Shown here piece after piece: positions 11,173 to 20,000 of a stretch of 20,000 bases of DNA. Each line of letters opens with the position of its first letter. Position 1 is the stretch's first letter. The stretch covers positions 48,234 through 68,233 of the forward strand of contig ML002231.1 of the NCBI GenBank assembly GCA_003614675.1, read 5' to 3'. The notes below the pieces were generated by a model. It was not told the DNA's origin and did no database searches. It worked only from the letters and a program-made list of their open reading frames with translations. The translations under genes were made by a program, and so were the position numbers. The DNA comes from Dimargaris cristalligena. Its lineage: Eukaryota.

Positions 11173-13920
11173 ATGGAAGCCACCCCTCCCAGCGGCCCGC
11201 CACCCTCAACCGGGTCACCACCACCACGCCAGGACCTGGGGTTTACCGACCTATTGCTCGACATGTAGGTGTGATGAGCTCTTCTCATTTGTGTTAGTGA
11301 ATAGAACCCATCTCAATTGACCCGGTAGTTTGACAATACACTGTCAGAAAAGGGACTGGAGAATCTCGTCAAGAGACCCGCACTTTTCTCTTTTGCTTGA
11401 ACGTGAAGGGAGCCTTGTCGACTTTCACTCCAGGTTTAGCCAGATAATATATATATATATATATATGCGTCATGACGCTTGTCCGCCCGACCCCTTCCCC
11501 TTCCCCTTCCCCTATTTTCCATTAAAACCAAAGCTTGCCCCTTTCGTTAATGCTTATAACCCCTACTGAAATCGGCGATGGTGGCCCCATACATTTAGGA
11601 TGGTCTATATAGGGGATCAGCCGTCGGCCGCCAGTTATGGCCACTGCGCCACTGTTCTAATTCCAGCCATCGAGCAGCTGGATCAGACAACGCCCGACGT
11701 TAATATTGAAGCAGGTACGGATACTGATGCAATGCCTATTGTCACCCTATCTATTGCCATTTCATGTTGGTCACCTCGATTCAATCTTTCCGGTGTATCT
11801 ACGGTAATAGAAGAAGCAGAAGGGTTTAACTAATCTTCCTATATTTGGTAATTGCGCATTTTTACTATGGATACCATCGTCCCTAGCCCGAACTTTGACC
11901 CAGTTTTTGTCTCCTGGATTGGCGGACCCATCTAGCGTAAGTAAATCGAACAGCCCGGACCCAGACTGGCCCAGTTTCTAAGTTCTCCGGGGCCCATGGG
12001 CCGATTTAATACACTATACTTAATTCATGCGAACTCCAATGATCTCATTCTTTGCCTAACACAATCCTTTATCACTCGCCGCCGCCTTTCTGGAGGCACG
12101 CCATCTGTAACTGTCCTTTTAACTATTTTCCTCGATCCCAGTGTTTAGCCATTGCCATGATAAGCTGCAGTTTTCTCTCTCGAGTGGGCCTCGATCAACT
12201 AACCCCCCTACACTCCATCGCTGCCCAAGTAAGCCTTGTCGCTTTGAATGTGATGTAGCACCCTTAAATCCAAGGATTCTCTAAACTGGTCGAATTAGCC
12301 AAGGACTAACCCACTTTAGTTTTCTCTTCGGATTTCTCGACCCTCTCATCCAACCACGCCTCTGGGGGGTGTTTTATAGTCTGGCTACGTATCTCAGAAC
12401 TACTCAACCCTCGTCCCTATTTTGGACCTTGAGACTACGGCGATAAATCCCAAGGCAAGTCCCATACCCCTCTTTTACCTGCTACTGTTCAAAGAGTACA
12501 CTATTTTCAGAGTGTTTTAAATATACCACACACTACCTAATATTATCAATTGGGATTCTCCGCCTGATTACGTATATACTCTATGACACTACTGTAATTA
12601 GAAATCGGACATCACAGTTGAAGACATCATCAAATATTACTATTTTGCTGGTCTAGCATACATTGCCCAAGTCAACTACTGCCGGGCTAAAGAGTATCTG
12701 ACTCTGGTAAGTCATTTTAATCGCAGAACCCCTTATATAACGTGGTTTCAATCTCACAGAATACAGTTTAACTCATAAGGAAGATTGAAGTTTAGAGATT
12801 TCCCGGCCCCCGCTGTTCATGCTCCAGAATTCTGGTTCCAAATTACTCACAACAGCGTCATCTGTTAACCAGCTATTTGATGGCCCACTTGGGGTACACT
12901 ATTGTCGTCCACAACTCAGTGCCTGGTGGTGCCCACCATAGAGATCCACCCATTACAGTCGATTGCCTACAACAAAGTGTCGCTGGTCAACCTAATCCTT
13001 GAGGGCCAGGCATTTTGTATCCCCAAGCTATGTTCGTCTGAGCTCCTTATAGTTGGCCCGCAAAGTGCATGCCATTCCCTGTTTTGTCGAAAATATCCTG
13101 ACCTGGATTCTCAGCAACTTCGCACTATATTAGCCACTCACCGAGCCTCGTTTATCCATGTAGGTATTTAATTATAGTGGACCATACGACGATCTGATTT
13201 CCTAAGGCCCTGTTTGACTATACATGGGTTTGATACCTGGCGCTGGGCGCGCCCGAACACAAAGCGGTAATTTGCATTGTAGATTCCGTTGGTCACTGAT
13301 AAGCTCTCGTTTCGACTATCCGGGTGATAATGAGAAATTCAAACCACTGTTTCATTTATATGCAGCTGCGTGTTAACTACCATACCGTTGATATATAATA
13401 TATATTGTTTCGCGATTCTAGAGCGGAGATTTGGAGCTGGCCCAGATTGCGGTAGGTTCGGTTGAACGTCATCTTCTGAAGAAAATGGCCCGAATCTACA
13501 CCTGTGTACCCATGTCCACGCTAGCCACCGCCTTGGCTAAACCACAGACTGAAGTTTCCTACGCGACCATCGCCCATATCCTAGAGAGTCTGCAGTGCGA
13601 GGGCAGTGCGGCTATTCGGATCGAAAATCGCCCACAGCAGTGTCCAGTAGTCCACTTCCTCCCCTCCAATATTAATGCCATGAACCAGCAGGCGGTTCTT
13701 GGACATGAGATCCAAAGGGCCACTCGTTTGCTGGCGGAAGTTAAACAGATTGCTAGTCAGCTTCGCCAACCGTCGGCGTCCCAGACACCAACCCAACCCC
13801 CCAACAACGCCAGTACACACCAAGTAAGTTTAAGGATAATTTTTTTGGTATTTTCATTTCTCTGGTCTATTTGTATGGCCTGATAATCCTCAGTTCGTTG
13901 GACTTAGTTGGGGCTTATAA
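11173..13920 (+). CDS. CSN3: COP9 signalosome subunit 3 (PCI-domain protein), divergent; 9-exon model, ~397 aa
   Basis: Manually spliced, phase-consistent exons: 11173-11264, 11599-11714, 11887-11936, 12142-12228, 12380-12454, 12602-12706, 12920-13159, 13422-13823, 13894-13920 (1194 nt). The peptides are collinear with human COPS3 as I recall it: DQLTPLHSIAAQ~NQLTSIHADLCQ; LVPILDLETTAI~ALPYLDVDMMDI; KYYYFAGLAY..QVNYCRA~CYYYYGGMIY..LKNFERA; AYNKVSLVNLILEG..IPK~SYKKYILVSLILLG..LPK; LLKKMARIYTCVPM~NIQRLTKTFLTLSL. Exons 4-8 are solid; exons 1-3 and 9 are less certain. Confidence 0.82.
12455..12601 (+). other. Non-canonical GC-AG spliceosomal intron in CSN3
   Basis: Donor AAG|GCAAGT at 12455 and acceptor TAG| at 12601. 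The flanking exons join in phase 0 (...TTAINPK|KSDITVEDIIKYYY...) and preserve CSN3 collinearity. Confidence 0.75.
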
Positions 13921-14400
13921 TGCCTTTACAAAGTCCGATATTACGATGGCTGCGGGTTTTTCAGTAAAGGGTGTGCATAGTTAATTTCTTACATTTGGTA
14001 ACGACTATGGAAGACTGTAGTATACGTGTTAACATCATCCCGCTTCGTATCTTTTTGGCCATTTCATTGTTGGTAACTGCTCAACTCGGGTTTAGACAAA
14101 CCCTGAACAATTAGCTGACCTGGATGGTGTGGGTCCTCCATCATCAGAACCGCTTCAGCGGGTGGATATCGTGTGGTTGGATTCAGAAGACAACTGATTT
14201 CGCCTATTTAGGGGCCGGGTGGCTGCGTGATTTAATACAGACCAGCCGCAGGTCGAACATAGTTTATGGGTGGTTTCTTATAACAGTCCTTCCACACCCA
14301 CGACGTTTTGCGATTATTAAACCTGGTGTTTTGACCATTTTCAACTGCCGAATTCCCTTCAAAATTACTAGTCATTAACACTGCTGTCCTTTCTTAATCG

Positions 14401-14747
14401 ATTGGCAATTGTGCCAATACACTACCGGCTAATAAAACGATATTTTTTAGTGAGGCTGGATTACTTACCATTGGGGTATTCCGATAGAAAGGGTTGGGTT
14501 GTTCTTTGAAGGGCCAAAAATACAACCAGGCCGCTTTCAACGGCCAGTGTCAAATTGCCCTAAATATACCCTCCCTACTCAACTAAAAAGTCCCACTACG
14601 CCCACGTCTGTTTGAATAATTGGTTGCTCATTCCCAATGGGACGCTTTGGCATTAGCAAGGTACTTTTGACTACTGGATCCATACAGTTCGATTCCTCAT
14701 TCTTTCGTTCTCACTTTTCAACTGCACCGTCCTCATTCAATCCCAAT
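14401..14747. promoter_or_regulatory. Cluster of six CCAAT/ATTGG boxes upstream of the COX14-like gene
   Basis: ATTGG at 14401, 14470, 14619 and CCAAT at 14414, 14634, 14743, followed by a pyrimidine-rich stretch before the ATG at 14847. Confidence 0.45.
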
Positions 14748-14846
14748 CTTCGGCGCTATAGCCTTCGAGTCCCATAGCAGCGTTCTATCCGTTTTCCCTC
14801 CAGCCAGATTCTTCTTTATTTCAAGTCGTTTGCATCTGTTCCAACC

Positions 14847-15412
14847 ATGACTCCTCTTTCAACCAAAATTCTTAACGGCGTTCACTACTCAATTGTCACT
14901 GGCCTCGTCGGCTTATCGAGTAAGTAGGCCCAATTGCTCTTAAGCAGTTGGGTATATGCGACGATGAACACGGTTTAAAATACACTATAGCATATATATA
15001 GACCAAGCTGGCCCTTTTTATTCCATCGCAGCCACATTGGTTAAGGTACCAAATGGCTCTACACTTTGACGTACCCTGGGAACTTTTGTTTAATCATATT
15101 GGCCCCATTCCACTTTGTATTATTCACTGAGACTAGTTTGGGGCACCTATTTTGGCGTGACCAACTTCCGGCGTATCGTCAACGAGGCCAAGGAGCACGA
15201 ACGGGTAAGTGGTTAGTAGTAATACCAGACATATCTTGGACCATGATTCTATTTTTATGACTATTATCTTCGAAATATCATGCTGACCGTTGCTTTTAAT
15301 TTGCATATTGTGTACCCTTTGATTCGAAAAGAAAATGATTGAGCAGCGTAAAGAAACTCAAAATCGTGACACGACGCTGATCCCCGAGAAGGTCCAGCCT
15401 AAAAATGTTTGA
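14847..15412 (+). CDS. 73-aa single-pass membrane microprotein, COX14-like (cytochrome c oxidase assembly factor); 3 exons
   Basis: Exons 14847-14919, 15137-15204, 15332-15412. Both donors are perfect GTAAGT, acceptors are CTAG and AAG, phases are consistent, start context is ACCATG. Product: MTPLSTKILNGVHYSIVTGLVGLSIWGTYFGVTNFRRIVNEAKEHERKMIEQRKETQNRDTTLIPEKVQPKNV*. The H-x3-V-x2-LVG-x-S-x-aromatic pattern, one TM and a charged helical tail resemble yeast Cox14 (IHRLTVLTLVGGTLY). The gene's existence is more certain than the family call. Confidence 0.7.
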
Positions 15413-15709
15413 AGACATCATTCCTATCTCTCAGTTTGAGGTTTATGGGCGTATATCAGTATCCTATTGGCTTTATAATGCCGAGGAAAATAAATAGATA
15501 GTTTCAGTGTATACATCGTACTTCAGTAAAACATAATTGATGGATGGGCTTATAGTTTACTAAAGAAAATTTGTTATCTAATGGGGCTGCGCGAAGCATC
15601 GAGTTTGGCTGATAGAGGGTGGCCAGGCAATTCTAGGGAACCATATAACATATATATCCGTAGGGCTAAAAAAATATTGAAGACTCGTCTGATTATAATG
15701 TTAAGTTAG

Positions 15710-15803
15710 ACCAAGCCGGTCCGATTTCGGTTGTTTGTATAACGTCGAGGTTCGCGAGTCTTTAATCCGGCGACTTCTCATCTGAGCATGAGACCAATAT
15801 TAC
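15710..15803 (-). repeat. Inverted, interrupted relative of the dispersed repeat (copy C)
   Basis: ATGAGACCAATATTAC (15788-15803) is the exact reverse complement of 1461-1476. ACCAAGCCG (15710), GTATAACG (15737) and AATCCGGCGA (15764) match the reverse complement of copy B in the same order. Confidence 0.5.
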
Positions 15804-16182
15804 AAAGTGGTAGTAATTTGACATAATTTCCGAACAGTCCTTACTATCGGGCTTTTCTCCGTATGCCGAGTAAAATTAATAATGGTAAGCTATAATTCTA
15901 AGGATACTCGGCAGTTCACAATTATCATTGTCGGATAAATCGACTCAGTACAAGACGGAAGGCTTATCGGTGCATCGGGATTTTTGCCTTTACTATTTGT
16001 ATTGTGGTGGCTAGAAATTTCAGTAATCGGCATCAGTGGCTCACGTCAATTTCCTTGCCCATAAAAATAGACACTTCCCGTCTTGATAGCGAGAGTCCCC
16101 ACCTACAGTGTGCCATCGCCTTTCCCCAATGGACAGTTTAAGGGACTAAAAATTCACTACTGCAACTTGGAGCAGTCCAACC

Positions 16183-16315
16183 ATATAGGTGAAATTCGGT
16201 CAAGCTGTATAGGGTTTTGAATGATATGTGTACGAGGAGATAGGTGGGATATTCATGTGTAACCAGTAGTATTCGCCTCATTCGGCGGATTTTTCGTTAT
16301 ACGGCTTGGTTGAAC
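16183..16315 (+). repeat. Dispersed repeat copy B (~133 bp)
   Basis: Direct-orientation homologue of 1378-1510; shared blocks GAAATTC, AGCTGTATA, GGTTTT, AACCAGTA, CTCAT, GGATTTTTCGTTATAC, TGAAC. Confidence 0.8.
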
Positions 16316-17362
16316 CTCTCCCATATGCTCAATAATATACCCTAACCCAGGCCGTGGATGAATAGACATTTGGACACTGGGATGACAAGGTTGGTATAGA
16401 TATGGCAATAGGAAAGCCCGCATACTTAGTAAGGGCCCCGTAAGATTAGCTACAGACCCGACCGGTCTATTGTATCCCTAGCATTATTACTTCATGGATT
16501 CATAGCCGGGCTTTCCTTCCTCGCCTTTATTGTCGGAATATTCTACGCCGATCTATCCTACAAAGCGGCGCGAAAGAGCCCAACGTAAATAGCGCAGGTC
16601 TCTCTTAATCGGCCAAAACAGCTTTGGCCCTGGTGGGTTCAAAATATCTTTCTTTTTTCCTTTGAAAAAGGTGGTATCATATCGCCAAAGAGGCATTGCC
16701 GATACATTAGGAGTAAAATATCATAACCAAATAACGTACACTTCTTTAATCCTTTCCGTCTGTTGATTTGCGCGCTCACTTCTAGAGATGACCAGGTAAC
16801 GCTGCTCCACTCACTGTGGAGACACTGACAGGTTTCGTTGAGCGCATACTTCCAAGTCACCTCGACTATGTTAATGGATTTCCTATTTACGAGGGATGTC
16901 GACGGGGGGTTGTAGGCGTTCTTAACGAGACAATCGCATAGCCATACAATATCCATCCCTCTCCTGGAACCTTCATCTGTAAGTCGTCCATTTCCAAATT
17001 GAAATGGGTAATATCGAGGCAATTATTTGGACACTATTCTACCCTAGCTCCAAAACAACTCTAAACCATATAGCAACAACCACATAGGGCGTCCAAACCC
17101 TAATCTCTGATGCTCCTAGTGGTGGAAATATATCTTAGGTATTTTTATTAATATAAATATGTGTGTTTGTCGTTTGTGGATATTGCGTAGGTGCTACTCA
17201 TAAATGTCAAAAATATTGGCGGCATATAATGAAATAGTATATGGTGAAACAGTGGACATGGGTCCACTAAGCCTTGGCCTCAAACTAAAGTAGTACGGAT
17301 TTTCCCAATCGGCTGGTGCAAGTATATTCTACCATTACAAGGAGTGGTAGCTAAATATGATT

Positions 17363-17938
17363 TCAAAGAAGGGACAGAACTACAGTGACGGCGGCCAGTA
17401 GCAGCAGGGCCAGGGACATAGTCGGTGTATTATGTAGACCGGAAGACGGGGTATCGCTGTCGGAAGTGATAGTGGTCATACTGGTCGACGGCCGGGTGGT
17501 GCTCACCGCGCGGGAGGACGTCATGGTGGCAGTGGTCAGAGCGTGCGAGGAAGTAGAGTGAGCCGAGGAGGTCGAAGTGGACTGCGTCGAGGAGATGACA
17601 GTAGAGGACGCCGAGCTTTTCAAATCGGACGGAGACTCCTTCGAAGGCGAATTGGTGCGGGCCTTTTCGATGCAGTCGAAAAAGCAAGTATACGCTTCTC
17701 CTAAACCCGCCGAACCGGATTGGGCCGTGGTTCTAAAGCAGTCCGAGCGGCAGTCATCATTGGCGTCTTGGGTCACCAATAGACAATCCCTGGAGCAGGT
17801 GGTCGAGGAGGTATCGGAACAAGGGGTCTGGAAATAGCACTTCAAGTCGTCGGGGGCTTGGGCACTCGGAAGACCGAGCGCGTTGGAGACTGAGGCGCTG
17901 GCCAGGACCGATAGCACGATGAATCCCAAAAACTTCAT
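17363..17938 (-). CDS. Secreted, probably GPI-anchored cell-surface protein with 8-Cys domain and Ser/Thr-rich stalk, 191 aa
   Basis: Signal peptide MKFLGFIVLSVLASASVSNA; Cys domain C-x5-C-x7-C-x3-C-x10-C-x3-C-x17-C-x3-C; long S/T-rich region; small-residue omega candidates (PSSG), a spacer and a terminal hydrophobic tail LALLLLAAVTVVLSLL*. Start context GCCATG; AATAAA on - at 17144-17149. Confidence 0.85.
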   Translation of the reverse strand: MKFLGFIVLSVLASASVSNALGLPSAQAPDDLKCYFQTPCSDTSSTTCSRDCLLVTQDANDDCRSDCFRTTAQSGSAGLGEAYTCFFDCIEKARTNSPSKESPSDLKSSASSTVISSTQSTSTSSAHSTSSHALTTATMTSSRAVSTTRPSTSMTTITSDSDTPSSGLHNTPTMSLALLLLAAVTVVLSLL

Positions 17939-19455
17939 GGCGAGGGATAGGGCGATTTTAATGGTTGGCTTAGAACGGGTTAATGGAGTTCTAAAGCTGC
18001 AAAAAGAAGTCGGTCGGGTAGTGGCCGCTATGAATTGATTGAAAGAATGATGCTAATAGGTAAGAGGTACTCAAAGACTGTCAGGTAACGGAATAGATGG
18101 AAAAATGATTCCTTATATATTTGCCTAGTCCTTCCTATATATATTAGTATATGTGCTTAATGACCCACTACCGAACCGTAAAAGCCGACAACCACAACAT
18201 AACGACCGAATGAAGCATTTGCAAAAGATAGGCGGCCGCTGGACGAATAGACTATTGGACATAATGCCAATCAATCTGCGAGTAAATCGGTCACTCATTG
18301 CTAATGGTGGTCGCGGATAGACCTCGTAGCCTAAGATATCAACCAATAGCAGAATCCCAAGAAAATTATAGGGCATGGGACATAATAGGCCAGCGGAGAG
18401 CTCATTATGCTAAGTAAATCTCTGCGGTGTGCAATTGAAACAACGTTGTAGAGGCAGGAGGATGGAAAAACAACACATAGTTGAGGAGGACAGTGGGAGA
18501 ATGATGACTCGAACACTAAAGAACCGGGCAATTTGCAGTTGAATTAAAGGGGTGGATGTGGATCAAACCAAGGCTAATTATTATAATGGAAATATAGTGA
18601 ACTATGACTTAGGCTATTCTGTCGACTGAAAGGCAAGGTATTGTAAACCGCTACAAAAAAATAGCCAACTTGAATTAAGGGCAAAATAAAATGCTAGATC
18701 GAGGCAGACGATTCTCGGACTATTGGGTAGATGATTCGCACCTATATCAAAGCGTCTATTGGATAGATGCATGTGCTCTCCGGACTACATGGCATACTCA
18801 AATGTTATTTATACAAGGCCAACTCATAATGATCAACGCTCACCGCCCAAGTCCGATCGTCACCTTTGGCATCAATCGGTATAAAGACGCAGTGAATCGA
18901 TAGTAAATGAAGCCAATTTGGCCTCATTAGGGGGTCAATATGCATTTCAACTTCTCATCTCCACTGGAGCTCGGTGGAAAAGAGTGGGCTGAATGACGAG
19001 GATCCACACGGACTTGTAAATACATGGACTGGTCCCGGTAGGAGTAATCCACCAGAATAGGGTTAAAAATGAATTGAATAACCACTGCCTCTAAAATGCA
19101 ATTCTGTAGGTGGTGGTTGATTCACAAAAATCAAACTTTACACGAATTGAAGCCACAGATGGTAAATGCTAAACACTAATTGGGCGCAGAGTTGAAGGAC
19201 CAAACCGGAAAAACGATGTGGTACGCAATAATTTATATAATGAGGGAAGCTACGCGGTGACAAAGTAACCCATGAAATCGGTAGCTTAACAGTCAGAACT
19301 GGAAGAAATGAAACTGTGTAAAAGAATAAATGGGCATAACCTGTCCTTATGATTCAGCATGCGAGTGGTGACACCAGGTACTATCATCATTTATTTATAA
19401 AGTGGGCAAATGTTCCACTATATTATGATATTGTGCTGTTAATGGCTTAATATAG

Positions 19456-19680
19456 TAATAGAGATAATTAGATTTATTTCAAGTAATAGTGATAGGTATA
19501 ATTATAATAATAGTCACAGGTTAATTCCAGTACGACCGCTTAATAGTGATTACTTAAAAGATATAGGAAAAATCGAGGTCCCGAGAGGAATCCCCGTTCA
19601 CCCTGTGGGGAACAGCATCATTATATATATGGATTATTACTACTGCGATTATACGGTTATATTAATGAAGGACTACTGTA
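19456..19680. mobile_element. Possible degenerate pogo/Tc1-mariner-type MITE remnant (right end)
   Basis: Ends in ...TTATATTAATGAAGGACTACTG|TA (reverse complement TA|CAGTAGTCCTTCATTAATATAA), a TA-flanked CAGT-starting terminus. Four internal TAATAG(T/A)(G/C)A motifs at 19456, 19484, 19508, 19541; AT-rich. No matching left TIR found. Confidence 0.3.
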
Positions 19681-20000
19681 TACCTAAGATATGTAGTCAT
19701 AAAGTTTGTAATTCTGGCCAGAAAATGAATAGCAAAAATATACTGAAAACAAAGGTTTGAATACTAAAGGAATGGTGAAACTCTCGGGGCTCATCCTCTT
19801 TTGGAGGGAAGGTCCAAGACTAGATGTTTAATCACTACATTGATAGGGCCACTAGGGTCATCACAGTCCAGCCACAACAATAATGTTGTGGTAGGACCTG
19901 AGACCACTTAGTTAACCATAGTATTCCTTTTCTATTTTTATATCCTTTTATCAACGAAGTCCTGATTTATTATTTTATAGCCTTGCAATATCATAGCAAG

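Noticed and set aside
11271..11568. GTGATGA box C-like motif in CSN3 intron 1 (possible C/D snoRNA)
   Set aside because: Only 6 nt from the donor, the next CTGA is ~290 nt away, and there is no terminal stem.
16340..16348. Isolated CCCTAA/TTAGG telomere-like words (also ~931, ~4646, ~17098)
   Set aside because: Single units, not arrays.
16639..17022. 127-aa minus-strand ORF downstream of the GPI gene
   Set aside because: Non-ATG start, no codon bias or recognisable motif.
9565..17938. Functional cluster of GPI remodelase PER1 with a GPI-anchored protein
   Set aside because: Separated by unrelated housekeeping genes; GPI proteins are common, so proximity is likely coincidental.
1..20000. 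Selenoprotein/SECIS, tRNA, rRNA, CRISPR or intact transposase/RT
   Set aside because: No homology-supported in-frame UGA, no cloverleaf with A/B boxes, no regularly spaced repeats and no transposase or RT motifs seen by eye.

Overview
Eukaryotic genomic DNA, most likely fungal. An early-diverging lineage is my inference from the GTAAGT/CTRAY/YAG intron style, C-rich codons and gene content. Five protein-coding genes are supportable: (1) an intronless polyQ-containing bHLH-ZIP transcription factor of the Rtg3/MiT-TFE type (-, 3394-4458); (2) intronless PER1/PGAP3 GPI-remodelling protein (+, 9565-10536); (3) a 9-exon divergent COP9 signalosome subunit 3 (+, 11173-13920), only fragmentarily visible in the ORF track, with one GC-AG intron; (4) a 3-exon, 73-aa COX14-like membrane microprotein absent from the ORF track (+, 14847-15412); (5) a secreted, 8-Cys, Ser/Thr-rich, probably GPI-anchored protein (-, 17363-17938). 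Non-coding DNA holds a diverged ~133-bp dispersed repeat (1378-1510 and 16183-16315), an inverted 'expanded' relative of it at 15710-15803, two possible degenerate pogo/Tc1-type MITE remnants, CCAAT/AP-1 motif clusters and microsatellites. I found no CRISPR array, tRNA, rRNA or intact transposase, and cannot support a new multi-gene system. The best leads are the hidden microprotein, the CSN3 splicing oddities, the repeat family and the unclassified Cys domain.
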